Shown: positions 19,715-29,285, counted from the first letter of the stretch. The stretch is DNA of 64,000 bases from Thermodesulfobacteriota bacterium (GCA_034189385.1 JAXHVD010000007.1:64001-128000); one strand, 5' to 3'. Notes: a model not told the origin generated them from the sequence alone. Numbers and translations are program-made.

Positions 19715-21001
19715 CTATTCTTTTTCCCATCGGAGGAGTTCGGTCACCTCGCTAAGGGTACTCCCCGCCTTGATTTCCTCCCGGATGCGGTTTTCCTTTT
19801 CCAATACGTCCATGGCACGGTTGGCATATTCCGTGGCCATTGATTTCGGCAGGACCACCACACCGTCACCGTCTCCCAAAATCCAGTCACCGGTTTCCAC
19901 TTTTCGGTTTCCCACGATGACAGGCACACCAATCTCTCCTAACCCTTTGGGCTCCCCCGCGTTGGGCATGATCAACCTGGCAAAGGCGGCAAACTTGAGC
20001 TCCGTGATGTCAGGGGTGTCCCTGATGGCCCCATCTATGACCACCCCTGCGAGGCCCCTCTGGATGGCCGAATGGGTAGCCAATTCTCCCCAGATGGCTG
20101 GCCCTACACCGCCGGAGTCAATGGCCAGAACATCGCCCTCTTCGGCAACATCAATGGCTTCCACCGGTTTGGCCCAGTCTCCCGGATAGGTCCTTACCGT
20201 TAGGGCCCGGCCCACGAGTCTGATCTCTGGAAAGAGAGGCCGCAGGCCCTCCATGACGCCGCCTCGATGCAAGGCATCTGATAGGTTGGCTGCGGAGACC
20301 ATCTGTAGAATGCCTCGGATCTCTGGCTCAGATCCTCTTTTGAAGAGCTTGGTGGGGATGGCGACCATCTTTTCCATGGCCGCCTTGATGGTGTTGGCTG
20401 CATCCTTGGGATCAACGGCCTTTGTGATGGCTCCGCCCACGATGACGACCGATGCCCCTGCCTCTAGGGCGAGAGAGGCTGTTTCGGAATTGATTCCCCC
20501 AGCTACCCCTACAGGGAGGGAAACATTCTCCACAACACGGCGCAAGGTTTCAAAGGGGTCTTTTCCTTCCATTTGTTCGTCTATGGAACAATGGACGGTA
20601 ACATAGTCTGCGCCAAACCTCTCGACCTCCTTGGCCCGCGATACAGGGTCTTTGACAGCAATAAGGTCCACCACGATCCTGGCCCCGTAATTCTTGCCCG
20701 CCTGTATGCATTCGCGGATCGTAGGATCACTTGCTGCCCCTAGGACATCGACAATATTGGCTCCGGCTTTGGCGGCTGCTTCAACTTCCACTCGGCCAGC
20801 ATCCATGATTTTCATATCGGCCATAATGGTTGCCCGCGGAAAGCGTCTCCTGAGTTCCCGCACCGCTTCAACCCCTTCACTCTTTATCAGGGGCGTTCCG
20901 GCCTCAAGCCAGTCCACCCCGCCCGCAACAGCGGCCTCAGCATTTTTTACGGCCCGCTTGAGATCCACAAAATCAAGGGCCAATTGCAGCACCGGTTTCA
21001 T
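19715..21001 (-). CDS. hxlA: 3-hexulose-6-phosphate synthase fused to an RraA/MenG (HMG aldolase-like) domain
   Basis: LQLALD, EAGTPLIK, ADMKIMDAG, VAGGI, IVGGAIT; C-terminal NLSDA, WGEL, IDGAIRD, GDGDGVV; ATG 21001. Confidence 0.9.
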   Translation of the reverse strand: MKPVLQLALDFVDLKRAVKNAEAAVAGGVDWLEAGTPLIKSEGVEAVRELRRRFPRATIMADMKIMDAGRVEVEAAAKAGANIVDVLGAASDPTIRECIQAGKNYGARIVVDLIAVKDPVSRAKEVERFGADYVTVHCSIDEQMEGKDPFETLRRVVENVSLPVGVAGGINSETASLALEAGASVVIVGGAITKAVDPKDAANTIKAAMEKMVAIPTKLFKRGSEPEIRGILQMVSAANLSDALHRGGVMEGLRPLFPEIRLVGRALTVRTYPGDWAKPVEAIDVAEEGDVLAIDSGGVGPAIWGELATHSAIQRGLAGVVIDGAIRDTPDITELKFAAFARLIMPNAGEPKGLGEIGVPVIVGNRKVETGDWILGDGDGVVVLPKSMATEYANRAMDVLEKENRIREEIKAGSTLSEVTELLRWEKE

Positions 21002-21039
21002 CTTTGCACCTTCACAACCATAGATTCTGAGCCAACATC

Positions 21040-21597
21040 TCACTCCAAGTTGGCATGCTGGTCCAATAGGGGCCTAGGGTCACTGCCCTGCCTCTGGTAT
21101 AGCCCCAACACAATCGTCTCCAACAACACAAAGGCCGCTTGCTCAAAAAGAGACCCAGGGGGTTGTATCGATTTGAAATTTTTAGGATAATCCCTCTTTG
21201 ATCCCCCTGGAAGGAAGAGCCTGTAGTCCACCGCTCTTCCAATAGGGGAGTTTTCTACACCGACAACGCCGTAGGTTGAGGCCCCATTGCCGGAGGCCAA
21301 TCTAACCCACTGATAGGTCCATATCGTCTCGCCCGAACCGGAGCAAACAACGAGGACGTCTTCCTTCGTGATCCCCGGAGTGATGGTCTCGCCTACAAAG
21401 AAGGCCCCATATCCCAGATGCATGAGACGCATGCAGAAACAGCGCAGGACATATCCTGACCTTCCGTGGGCCGCGCAGAAGATCCTCTCTGCCCGGTCAA
21501 GCCCTTGTACAAAACGCCCAACCGATTCTTCTGACACCCCGACAAGGGTGGCTTCAGTTTCCTTTGTGACGGCCTCAATAAGACCTTTTATGTCCAT
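21040..21597 (-). CDS. hxlB: 6-phospho-3-hexuloisomerase (SIS domain)
   Basis: GRSG, MRLMHLG, VGETITP, SGSGET, GSLFEQ, C-terminal HANLE. Confidence 0.9.
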   Translation of the reverse strand: MDIKGLIEAVTKETEATLVGVSEESVGRFVQGLDRAERIFCAAHGRSGYVLRCFCMRLMHLGYGAFFVGETITPGITKEDVLVVCSGSGETIWTYQWVRLASGNGASTYGVVGVENSPIGRAVDYRLFLPGGSKRDYPKNFKSIQPPGSLFEQAAFVLLETIVLGLYQRQGSDPRPLLDQHANLE

Positions 21598-21616
21598 GTT
21601 TTTTCACATGATGCCC

Positions 21617-21783
21617 TTGAACCGAATAAGCGAGTGCAGCCCCCGTAGGTTCTGCCTTGCGGCAGTGCTCTGCGTGCTGCGTGCTTAGCGAGCGTATAGT
21701 TAAAAAGATTACAACCTTACGGTGAACATTCCCCGTGGGTTCTGCCTGACGGCAGTGCTTCGCAGGCCACGGGGAGGGTTCAA
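21617..21783 (+). repeat. Dispersed modular palindromic repeat, copy 2 (longest)
   Basis: TTGAACCGAATAAGCGAG...CCACGGGGAGGGTTCAA; two GGTTCTGCCTxxCGGCAGTGCT modules. Confidence 0.85.
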
Positions 21784-22224
21784 TTCAGAACCACGCCCCT
21801 TTAGCTCATATTCCCAGATGCAACCCCCAAGGGACTGAACCCAGCCGGTGACAAGTGCCAGATCGTTGCCGAGCATCACCTAAAGGGTCAAGGATTCGCC
21901 ATGACAGAGGTGTTCATTCCAGAATGAAGCAGGCATTTTGAGATTCTATTTCTTAAAAGACTATAGGAAAGTGGCCCAGGAGTCAATCGTATAGGGGGGG
22001 CACCAAGAAACTTGGCCTTGACTTTTTGTTGACATGTCTGTATTTTGCTCGCACTCTTTAAGGGGCCGAAACGTTTTGGGGGCCTTGAGGTGGAAGAAGA
22101 GATTAAGGAGGAGCAGTTTAGGCTATGTTCTAATGATCGGAATACATGAAGGCATCTGGAAAGGGGTCCCTTCAGATGCCTTTTCTGCTTTCTTAGATCG
22201 TGGCTGCTGTCTGAGCAAGGGGCT

Positions 22225-24096
22225 ATGCGGATTCTTCTTATACATGCAGACAGATTTTCATTTCGGGTAACAGGTGAGACTTCTGTGGCGTTGCCGACGG
22301 AACTCGATAAGGCAAAATCGGAGGACGAAGTCGGTGAAGCCCTGGTGGTTTTTGTGGCTGCTGAAAAGGGCGATGAGACCAATATCGGTTCCGTCGTCGA
22401 CCAAGTCACAGAAGAGGTCTTTGGTCTAGCCTCACAGGTGGGCATAGAGACCCTGGTGATCTATCCCTATGCCCATCTTTCGAGTGCACTCAGCTCCCCC
22501 AGGGTGGCTGTGAAGCTCTTGGATGCCATCTGCGGGCGCATTGAGGGCCAGGATTCCTTCAAGGTGGTACGTGCCCCCTTTGGCTACTACAAAGCCTTTG
22601 AAATCTCGTGCAAGGGCCACCCATTGTCTGAGTTGGCAAAGACCATTACACCAGCCGGCCGCGCTGAGAAGCCATCTGGAGAGGGAGAGTCTCAAGCCAT
22701 TGTGGCAGAGAAGAGCCTTGAATCTGAATGGCGTGTCATGACCCCCGGTGGGGACCAAGTACCTGCAGAGGATTTTTCTTTTGCCAAGCGGCAGAATCTG
22801 GAGCGGCTGTTCAGGTACGAGAAATCTGGAACGCGCACCTCTGACCGGGTCCCCCCCCACATCGAGTTGATGCGCCGAATGGAACTGGTGGACTATGAGC
22901 CCGGCTCTGACCAGGGCAATTTCCGCTGGTATCCAAAAGGGCAGTTGATGAAGCGCCTGGCCGAGACGTATGTGTCTAATCTGGTCAGAGAGCTTGGGGG
23001 CATGCAGGTAGAAACGCCGATTATGTATGATTATCAGCACCCAAAACTCAACCTCTACCTTCAGCGGTTTCCGGCGCGACAGTACGTCCTCCTTTCAGGC
23101 GAAAAGGAGTATTTTCTACGCTTTGCGGCGTGCTTCGGACAGTATCTGATTCAGCACGATATGCAGATTTCTCACCATCACCTACCCAGCAAGCTTTATG
23201 AGTTGACCCATTATTCTTTCAGGAGGGAGCAGTCCGGGGAGCTGGCTGGGCTAAAACGTTTGCGCACGTTCACCATGCCAGACCTCCACACCTTGGCCAG
23301 GGACATGGAGCAGGCCAAGGAAGAATTTGCCCGTCAGGTGGATTCGGCCATTAAGTGCATGGAAGGCTTTGGCCTTGAATTCGAGGTGGCCATCAGGTGT
23401 GTTTCCGATTTTGGTGAACAGCACAGGTCTTTTCTGGAAGCAATTGTCTCACGATGTGAAAGGCCCGCCTTGATGGAGCTGTGGAATGAGCGCTTTTTCT
23501 ATTTTGTGACAAAACTCGAGTTCAATTTCATCGACGCCTTAGACAAGGCCGCTTGTCTGGCAACCGTGCAAATAGACGTTGAAAATCCACAGAGATTTGA
23601 CATAACCTATATTGATCATCAGGGTGAGAAACAGTATCCTCTGCTTCTACATGCTTCCATATCCGGGTCTATCGACAGGGTCCTTTATGCCATTTTGGAG
23701 ACCCAGGCGATGCGCATGAAGAGAGGACAAAAGGCCTCCTTTCCCTTTTGGCTGGCCCCAGTGCAGCTGCGCATCATTCCGGTCTCGGAGAAATTCGATG
23801 AGCCTTGCAGGAAAATATTGCCAGAGATTCCCTATCGCGTTGATTATGACGACCGCGATATCACCATGGGACGAAAAATAAGGGAGGCAGAGAAGGAATG
23901 GGTTCCCTATATCGTCGTCATAGGGGCAAAGGAAGTAGTTGAAGGGTGTATGAGTGTTCGAACCAGAGATGGTGTGCAGCGAAAGATGACCGTGTCTGAG
24001 CTCTTGGCTGAGATGGAACCCCAGCTGGAGGGAAAGCCATTCATGGGCCTTCCTTTGCCGCAAGAGCTTTCCAGGCGTCCCATATTTGTCGGTTAG
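22225..24096 (+). CDS. thrS: Threonyl-tRNA synthetase, archaeal type (N-terminal DTD-like editing domain)
   Basis: MRILLIHAD, YPYAHLS, APFGYYKAFEISCKGHPLSEL, LRFAACFG, FTMPDLH, LHASISGSIDR; located upstream of infC. Confidence 0.93.
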   Translation: MRILLIHADRFSFRVTGETSVALPTELDKAKSEDEVGEALVVFVAAEKGDETNIGSVVDQVTEEVFGLASQVGIETLVIYPYAHLSSALSSPRVAVKLLDAICGRIEGQDSFKVVRAPFGYYKAFEISCKGHPLSELAKTITPAGRAEKPSGEGESQAIVAEKSLESEWRVMTPGGDQVPAEDFSFAKRQNLERLFRYEKSGTRTSDRVPPHIELMRRMELVDYEPGSDQGNFRWYPKGQLMKRLAETYVSNLVRELGGMQVETPIMYDYQHPKLNLYLQRFPARQYVLLSGEKEYFLRFAACFGQYLIQHDMQISHHHLPSKLYELTHYSFRREQSGELAGLKRLRTFTMPDLHTLARDMEQAKEEFARQVDSAIKCMEGFGLEFEVAIRCVSDFGEQHRSFLEAIVSRCERPALMELWNERFFYFVTKLEFNFIDALDKAACLATVQIDVENPQRFDITYIDHQGEKQYPLLLHASISGSIDRVLYAILETQAMRMKRGQKASFPFWLAPVQLRIIPVSEKFDEPCRKILPEIPYRVDYDDRDITMGRKIREAEKEWVPYIVVIGAKEVVEGCMSVRTRDGVQRKMTVSELLAEMEPQLEGKPFMGLPLPQELSRRPIFVG

Positions 24097-24234
24097 GGTG
24101 GCAAAAAGGGTTGTCTGAACCTCTGGTTTTGTAGTAATGGCTTCTAGGCAATGGCATTCCATTGACGGCTGCCATCGACAGGTGACAGAAACGATTCACA
24201 AATAGCGATTCACGCATTCAAGGAGGTGAAGGGT

Positions 24235-24741
24235 ATAGCCAAGCGCATTAATGTAAACCGAAGGATTCGGGCCAGAGAGGTACGGTTGATAGACGCTGAC
24301 GGTAAGCAACTGGGGGTTGTGCCACTGAGGCAGGCCTTGGAAACAGCAGAAGAGCGCGGACTTGACCTTGTTGAGGTTGCCCCTCATGTTAGCCCGCCGG
24401 TCTGTCGGGTCATGGATTATGGACGATACAAGTACCAACAAAGCAAGAAGCTCCAAGAGGCCAAGAAACGGCAGTCAGGTTATCAAATCAAGGAGATAAA
24501 GATCCGTCCCCTGACCGGGGAGCATGACGTACAGGTCAAGCTGCGCCATATAAGACGGTTCTTGGACCATCGGGACAAGGTGAAGGTTTCTCTTATGTTC
24601 AGGGGAAGGGAAATAGCCTACACTGAGCTTGGGACGGCCATTCTTAAACGAGTGGCTGAGGAAACGGCGGACATCGCCAATGTAGAACAGGAAATGAGAA
24701 GGGAAGGTCGCCACATTTTCATGGTTCTTGCCCCGAAATAA
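24235..24741 (+). CDS. infC: Translation initiation factor IF-3 (non-canonical ATA start)
   Basis: IRAREVRLID, LDLVEVAP, DKVKVSLMFRGRE; SD AGGAGG at 24221-24226, 8 nt before ATA. Confidence 0.95.
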   Translation: MAKRINVNRRIRAREVRLIDADGKQLGVVPLRQALETAEERGLDLVEVAPHVSPPVCRVMDYGRYKYQQSKKLQEAKKRQSGYQIKEIKIRPLTGEHDVQVKLRHIRRFLDHRDKVKVSLMFRGREIAYTELGTAILKRVAEETADIANVEQEMRREGRHIFMVLAPK

Positions 24742-24926
24742 CTCCCAGCAACCCTTCTTCTGATTCCAATAAGCAACGCAAATCATGGCAGAAGTTTGTT
24801 CAGCCCGGTTCGAGGCGGTGAGGGTCATGATGACATTCTGAGGGCCTATGCACCAAAGGCATCTCAGTACAAGCCCAAGCGTGTGAGACGCAAGGGCTAT
24901 ATTCTAGATAGCAGAGGAGAGGTACC

Positions 24927-25124
24927 ATGCCAAAGATGAAGACAAACCGAGGGGCGGCCAAACGCTTCAAGACCACGGGGACGGGGAAAGTAGTCTATGC
25001 AAAGTCCCACGCAAACCACATTTTGACAAAGAAAACCAGGAAGAGGAAGCGGGCACTTCGAAAGTCCAATATCGTTGACAAGACCAATAAGGCCGCATTA
25101 AAACGCCTGATTCCATACGCATAA
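24927..25124 (+). CDS. rpmI: 50S ribosomal protein L35
   Basis: [21 protein letters not shown]. Confidence 0.97.
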   Translation: MPKMKTNRGAAKRFKTTGTGKVVYAKSHANHILTKKTRKRKRALRKSNIVDKTNKAALKRLIPYA

Positions 25125-25269
25125 TATGAAAAACACTGGTCGGAGGCTGGAGGGTTCTGAAGGCCTCTAAGGCAGTCACAGGGTGCACGACAGGAACTGC
25201 GACCAGGGATACAGGCCAGATGCATTGACCATTTACAAAAGAGAGATGACCAGATAGGGAGGATCACTC

Positions 25270-25623
25270 ATGCGAGTCAAACGAGGATTTAAGGCAAGGC
25301 GGAGGCGGAAGAAGATATTGAAGCTGGCCAAGTCTTACCGAGGCGGCCGGAGTAAGCTTTATCGTACGGCAGCCGACGCAGTGGACAAGGCCCTGCAGTA
25401 TGCTTACAGGGATCGAAGGGCTCGGAAGCGAGATTTCAGGAGGCTTTGGATCGCCAGGATCAATGCAGGGGCGCGACTCAACAACCTGTCGTACAGTCGG
25501 CTCATCAGTGGATTGAAGCGGGCACATATAGAAATCGATAGAAAGATACTTGCCGAACTGGCTGTTTCAGATCCGAAGGCATTTTCTGAACTGGCCACTA
25601 TTGCTGTTGGCCCAGGCGCTTGA
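25270..25623 (+). CDS. rplT: 50S ribosomal protein L20
   Basis: [37 protein letters not shown]. Confidence 0.97.
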   Translation: MRVKRGFKARRRRKKILKLAKSYRGGRSKLYRTAADAVDKALQYAYRDRRARKRDFRRLWIARINAGARLNNLSYSRLISGLKRAHIEIDRKILAELAVSDPKAFSELATIAVGPGA

Positions 25624-25671
25624 GTCTGGACGATAAATAGGCTCCATTATTTAGGCTATCGAGATTCTACT

Positions 25672-26679
25672 GTGAAGAAAAGACTCCAAGAATTGGAACA
25701 AGAAGCCTTGAAGGCCCTGAAGGCAGCCAATGACGTGGAAGGGCTAAAGGCATTACGGATTCAGTACCTGGGGCGCAAGGGGGCTGTGACCCAGTGTCTG
25801 CGCAAAATGTCCACTCTGCCGTCTGAAGAGAGGCCTGTCGTTGGGCAACTTGCCAATGAGGTGAAGGCAAGGCTTGAGGCGGTCTTCGAGCAATCCCTGA
25901 AAGGCCTGGAGGCAGAGCATGAAAGGCCTGAGGGGGCATTGGATGTGACGTTGCCTGGACGGCCTGCCGCTCGCGGGCGGCTCCATCCCATTACGCAAGT
26001 CACAGAGGCGATCTCCGGGATTTTCAGGGGGCTGGGTTTTGAGGTCGTGGAAGGTCCTGATGTGGAACTGGACTACTACAATTTTGAGGCCCTCAACATT
26101 CCAAAGGATCACCCCGCCCGCGACATGCAAGACACCTTTTATATCTCAGACAATATCGTATTGAGGACACACACCTCCCCGATCCAGGTTCGCGTCATGG
26201 AAAGGCAGCCGCCCCCCGTGCGGATCATTGCCCCTGGCAAGGCCTACCGCGTTGATTCGGATGTTTCACATACGCCCATGTTTCAACAGGTTGAGGGATT
26301 GATGGTGGACGAGAACATATCGTTGGGCAACCTCAAGGGGATTCTCACCACTTTTGTCCATCAGATGTTTGATGAGGAAACCAGCCTGCGCTTTCGTCCC
26401 AGCTTCTTCCCCTTCACGGAGCCGAGTGCCGAGATTGACATACGCTGTGTCATTTGTCGAGGAAAGGGCTGTCGGCTATGTTCCCATACCGGCTGGCTCG
26501 AGGTCCTAGGCGCCGGCATGGTGCACCCCGCTGTCTTTGAAATGGTAGGCTATGATACGGAGCGGTACACGGGCTTTGCCTTTGGAATGGGCATTGAACG
26601 CATCGCTATGCTCAAGTACGGCATTGAGGATATCAGGAAATTCTACGAAAATGATATGAGGTTCCTTGAACAGTTTTAG
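25672..26679 (+). CDS. pheS: Phenylalanyl-tRNA synthetase alpha subunit
   Basis: HPARDMQDTF, LRTHTSP, FPFTEPSAE, GFAFGMGIER. Confidence 0.97.
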   Translation: MKKRLQELEQEALKALKAANDVEGLKALRIQYLGRKGAVTQCLRKMSTLPSEERPVVGQLANEVKARLEAVFEQSLKGLEAEHERPEGALDVTLPGRPAARGRLHPITQVTEAISGIFRGLGFEVVEGPDVELDYYNFEALNIPKDHPARDMQDTFYISDNIVLRTHTSPIQVRVMERQPPPVRIIAPGKAYRVDSDVSHTPMFQQVEGLMVDENISLGNLKGILTTFVHQMFDEETSLRFRPSFFPFTEPSAEIDIRCVICRGKGCRLCSHTGWLEVLGAGMVHPAVFEMVGYDTERYTGFAFGMGIERIAMLKYGIEDIRKFYENDMRFLEQF

Positions 26680-26740
26680 TTAGTGTCCATCCAGGAACGC
26701 CCTCCTCCAGACAATCTCAACGCTTCCTTTTGTGTATTTC

Positions 26741-26815
26741 TGAACCGAATAAGCGAGCGCATTCTCCACAGGAGAGCTACCGCAGGCCCCGCGGCTTTCC
26801 ACAGGGAGGGTTCAA
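26741..26815 (+). repeat. Dispersed modular palindromic repeat, copy 3 (short)
   Basis: TGAACCGAATAAGCGAGCGCATT...CAGGGAGGGTTCAA. Confidence 0.8.
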
Positions 26816-27041
26816 TATTTTTCTCCAATTTGGTTGGGGAAAGGGCTTCAAATCCTCAGGGTCACCCCAACTCTTTTGGAGATGATCCAGAAATGCTCAC
26901 TGTTTGATCTGCCGCGGCAGAGAGGTTTACCATTTTAGCTGACCGTCTCAGGGGCGCCTAAAATGGTCAAGGCGTGAGCAAACTTGACTTTTTACGAATC
27001 CATCAATGGTTGGGCTTTAGAAAAGTGGACATGGTGAGGAA

Positions 27042-27069
27042 GGGGCAACCAGGGGGGGCTGGTTGCCCC
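27042..27069 (-). terminator. GC-rich hairpin downstream of the small minus-strand ORFs
   Basis: GGGGCAACCAG-loop-CTGGTTGCCCC; lacks a clear U tract. Confidence 0.45.
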
Positions 27070-27087
27070 AGTTGAGAGAGGAGGTAA

Positions 27088-27228
27088 TCAGGGGTACATG
27101 CGGACGTAAAGCCTTGACTTTTCCCAGAAGGACATGATGCGCCGGGCGTATTTCTTCGGTAGAATCCTCACGAGCCGACAATACAGGTGCAGGGCATTGA
27201 GGTGGTGATGTAAGAAGTTTCTCACCAT
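27088..27228 (-). CDS. Small hypothetical protein, 46 aa (MVRNFLHHHLNALHLYCRLVRILPKKYARRIMSFWEKSRLYVRMYP); not in the ORF track
   Basis: Hand-translated; GAGG RBS upstream; overlaps the stop of the upstream ORF; followed by a hairpin. Confidence 0.55.
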   Translation of the reverse strand: MVRNFLHHHLNALHLYCRLVRILPKKYARRIMSFWEKSRLYVRMYP

Positions 27229-27428
27229 ATGCTCATCCTCTGTTTGCCATGCTGCCAATGGGATCCACCATAGGCGCAGAAGGATTGGCTCAGTTTGCTC
27301 TCCCCTTTAGTTTTTGGAAACGAGCCGGTACTTCCGCCCACTAGGTCTTCCCATTGACAGGCAGGGCAGACATAACGGGTTGTGAGATCCTCACATAGGG
27401 ACCGCTGCATCGTTTTTTTTACTTTCAT
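27222..27428 (-). CDS. Small hypothetical protein with CPAC motif (possibly degenerate zinc finger)
   Basis: 68-aa ORF co-oriented between two other small ORFs. Confidence 0.35.
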   Translation of the reverse strand: MKVKKTMQRSLCEDLTTRYVCPACQWEDLVGGSTGSFPKTKGESKLSQSFCAYGGSHWQHGKQRMSIW

Positions 27429-27500
27429 ATAAATCTCTAGACCCCTGTTGGGACGAGCTCAGGAAAACCCCAAAAACCCGGCCCAGGACGGTGCCGTTGC

Positions 27501-27740
27501 TTACCGCCACTGCTGGTGCTGGTAGACAGGTTGATCCTCGTAAATCCGCTGAGGCCTCCCCTGGCAAAATGGACAGGCACCAAATTCTTCTGTGTTGAAC
27601 CAGGTTGAACAAATGGGGCATTTCCCGGAAGGGGAACTGCTGGCTTGAGGCTTCTTTGCCTGAGGTCTCCTGTGGTGCCCACGCCTCCACGTTTTACCTG
27701 GGGCAACAGGAAGTCCACACCCACAAGCACAGGTTTTCAT
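27501..27740 (-). CDS. Small Cys-rich putative zinc-binding protein (CACGCG...GHH; CPIC...CPFC)
   Basis: Strong RBS AAGGAGG before ATG 27740; two metal-binding motifs. Confidence 0.6.
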   Translation of the reverse strand: MKTCACGCGLPVAPGKTWRRGHHRRPQAKKPQASSSPSGKCPICSTWFNTEEFGACPFCQGRPQRIYEDQPVYQHQQWR

Positions 27741-28170
27741 GGCCGCCTCCTTTTTTTGGGGTTCCGATACCAATGGTGACCTCCCGCCCCAACGCCACAG
27801 CCCTTTTCATTTCAGGATGGACCCAGATTCAGACTCTGTGGCCAGGCTCTGACAGGGGTAAGGCGTATAAGTCCATACAGTAAGTATGTAAATAACAATA
27901 AATTTGTGCCTTGTCAAATAAATTTTATTAAATTATACATAATTAATTATAAGTGGGCACATATTGTATGTCCTGTTATGTGTTTATACGCTATGTGGAT
28001 AAGACCCTTAGAAGGGTGCTCAAAAAGGCGGTCAAGGGGCCGTCCGTTTTCTGATAGACCCAAGGCTTGTTCCAGTCCGCCTTCGGCGGATTCACCAAGA
28101 TTGGCGGGCAGAAAAGCCTGTTAGAGAAAGGCCCAAAGGGATTTGCGTTTGGACAGAAGCCCGCAAGGGT

Positions 28171-28209
28171 TTGACAGGTCTTGTCATTACGGATAGGAAT
28201 ACCTGTCAA
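28171..28209 (+). promoter_or_regulatory. Putative -35 box embedded in an inverted repeat (operator-like)
   Basis: TTGACAGGT-N21-ACCTGTCAA upstream of the ATP-grasp gene. Confidence 0.35.
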
Positions 28210-28284
28210 GAATCGAATAGGAGCGCTTCCGGTGCCATTTGCAATCCTGTTGCCTCGTCTTGTCACCGTCTGGAGAAGGGCCTC

Positions 28285-29040
28285 ATGATGCACTTCCACA
28301 GTCTGTCCTTAAATGGACACCATGCGACGTTAGGTGAGTTGTTATCCAAATCTAAGGAAGGAGATAAGATCCTATGTATGATTACAGATCCTAGATGCAT
28401 GGGGATTTTTTACGAACTCGAATCTAGAGGAACCGACATATTTCCCCCCTTGCTTTCTCAGAGTCTGAGTCTGAGCAAGGTGCATCAGGCTCTGCATTTC
28501 ATGGATTACATGATTCCGAGTACTCAGGTTCTATTCAGAACGTCTAACATTCAGAAGCTTCTGAGAAGATATGGGGAAAGGAACATCGTGAAGACGGTTG
28601 TCAAGGAGGACCGCGGGTCAATGGGCATGGGAGACCATCCCTGCTGGTCGTTGAATGAATTGGCTTGGATGATCGTTCATGTGACACCTCTTCCTATTGT
28701 TGTGCAACCCATGCTGGAGGACTTCAGGGAGTTTAGATTGGTGGTAATGGGAGACACCGTTGTTGCAAAAGAGAAAACCGCAAGTGAGGGAGTATTTTGG
28801 AATAACAGGATATTTGGAGGGGTTACCAAATTAATAGAGCCCACCAAGGAGATCGTTGAGTTCGGAAAAGAGATGATGCGGATTGGGAAATTCCCATGGG
28901 CGTATTTAGATTTGTTTGTTACCGACACTGACACATTTTTGTCTGAAATCAATCTGTCTGGCAGTAACGCAGGAATGAAGGACTACAAGCTTAACACCTT
29001 AAAAAGAAAGATGATCGAAAAATGGTTGGCAGTCGGATAG
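28285..29040 (+). CDS. RimK-like ATP-grasp ligase
   Basis: SKVHQ, IPST, VVKEDRGSMGMG, VVQPMLE, EFRLVVMG, NNRIFGG, LSEIN; lower GC than flanks. Confidence 0.75.
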   Translation: MMHFHSLSLNGHHATLGELLSKSKEGDKILCMITDPRCMGIFYELESRGTDIFPPLLSQSLSLSKVHQALHFMDYMIPSTQVLFRTSNIQKLLRRYGERNIVKTVVKEDRGSMGMGDHPCWSLNELAWMIVHVTPLPIVVQPMLEDFREFRLVVMGDTVVAKEKTASEGVFWNNRIFGGVTKLIEPTKEIVEFGKEMMRIGKFPWAYLDLFVTDTDTFLSEINLSGSNAGMKDYKLNTLKRKMIEKWLAVG

Positions 29041-29256
29041 AGACCAGGAGAGGGCTGTGCAGGTGCAGAGTGTCTTAGGATACCCTGAGGAGAAGTGTGC
29101 ACGGTTTTCCGGCTAGTTGGCATTGTGTCGCAAAAAAGAGATGGCTCGATACCCCTTGGGTTATCGGGAACTCCTCTAGCGGGTTATCCTCCATGCAGCG
29201 CCCCACCTCTGGCAGTCTACCTCGCACCGTGGCAGGAGCCAAGCAGAACAAATTTC

Positions 29257-29285
29257 TTGACAAATCAGGGCCACTTATCTAAATA
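29257..29285 (+). promoter_or_regulatory. Putative sigma70 promoter of the hdrCBA'-nuoEF operon
   Basis: TTGACA-N17-TAAATA. Confidence 0.45.

Noticed and set aside
21960..22224. T-box riboswitch or tRNA upstream of thrS
   Set aside because: A hairpin exists (GAAGGCATCTG...CAGATGCCTT), but no T-box GGTGGNACCGCG motif or tRNA cloverleaf was found
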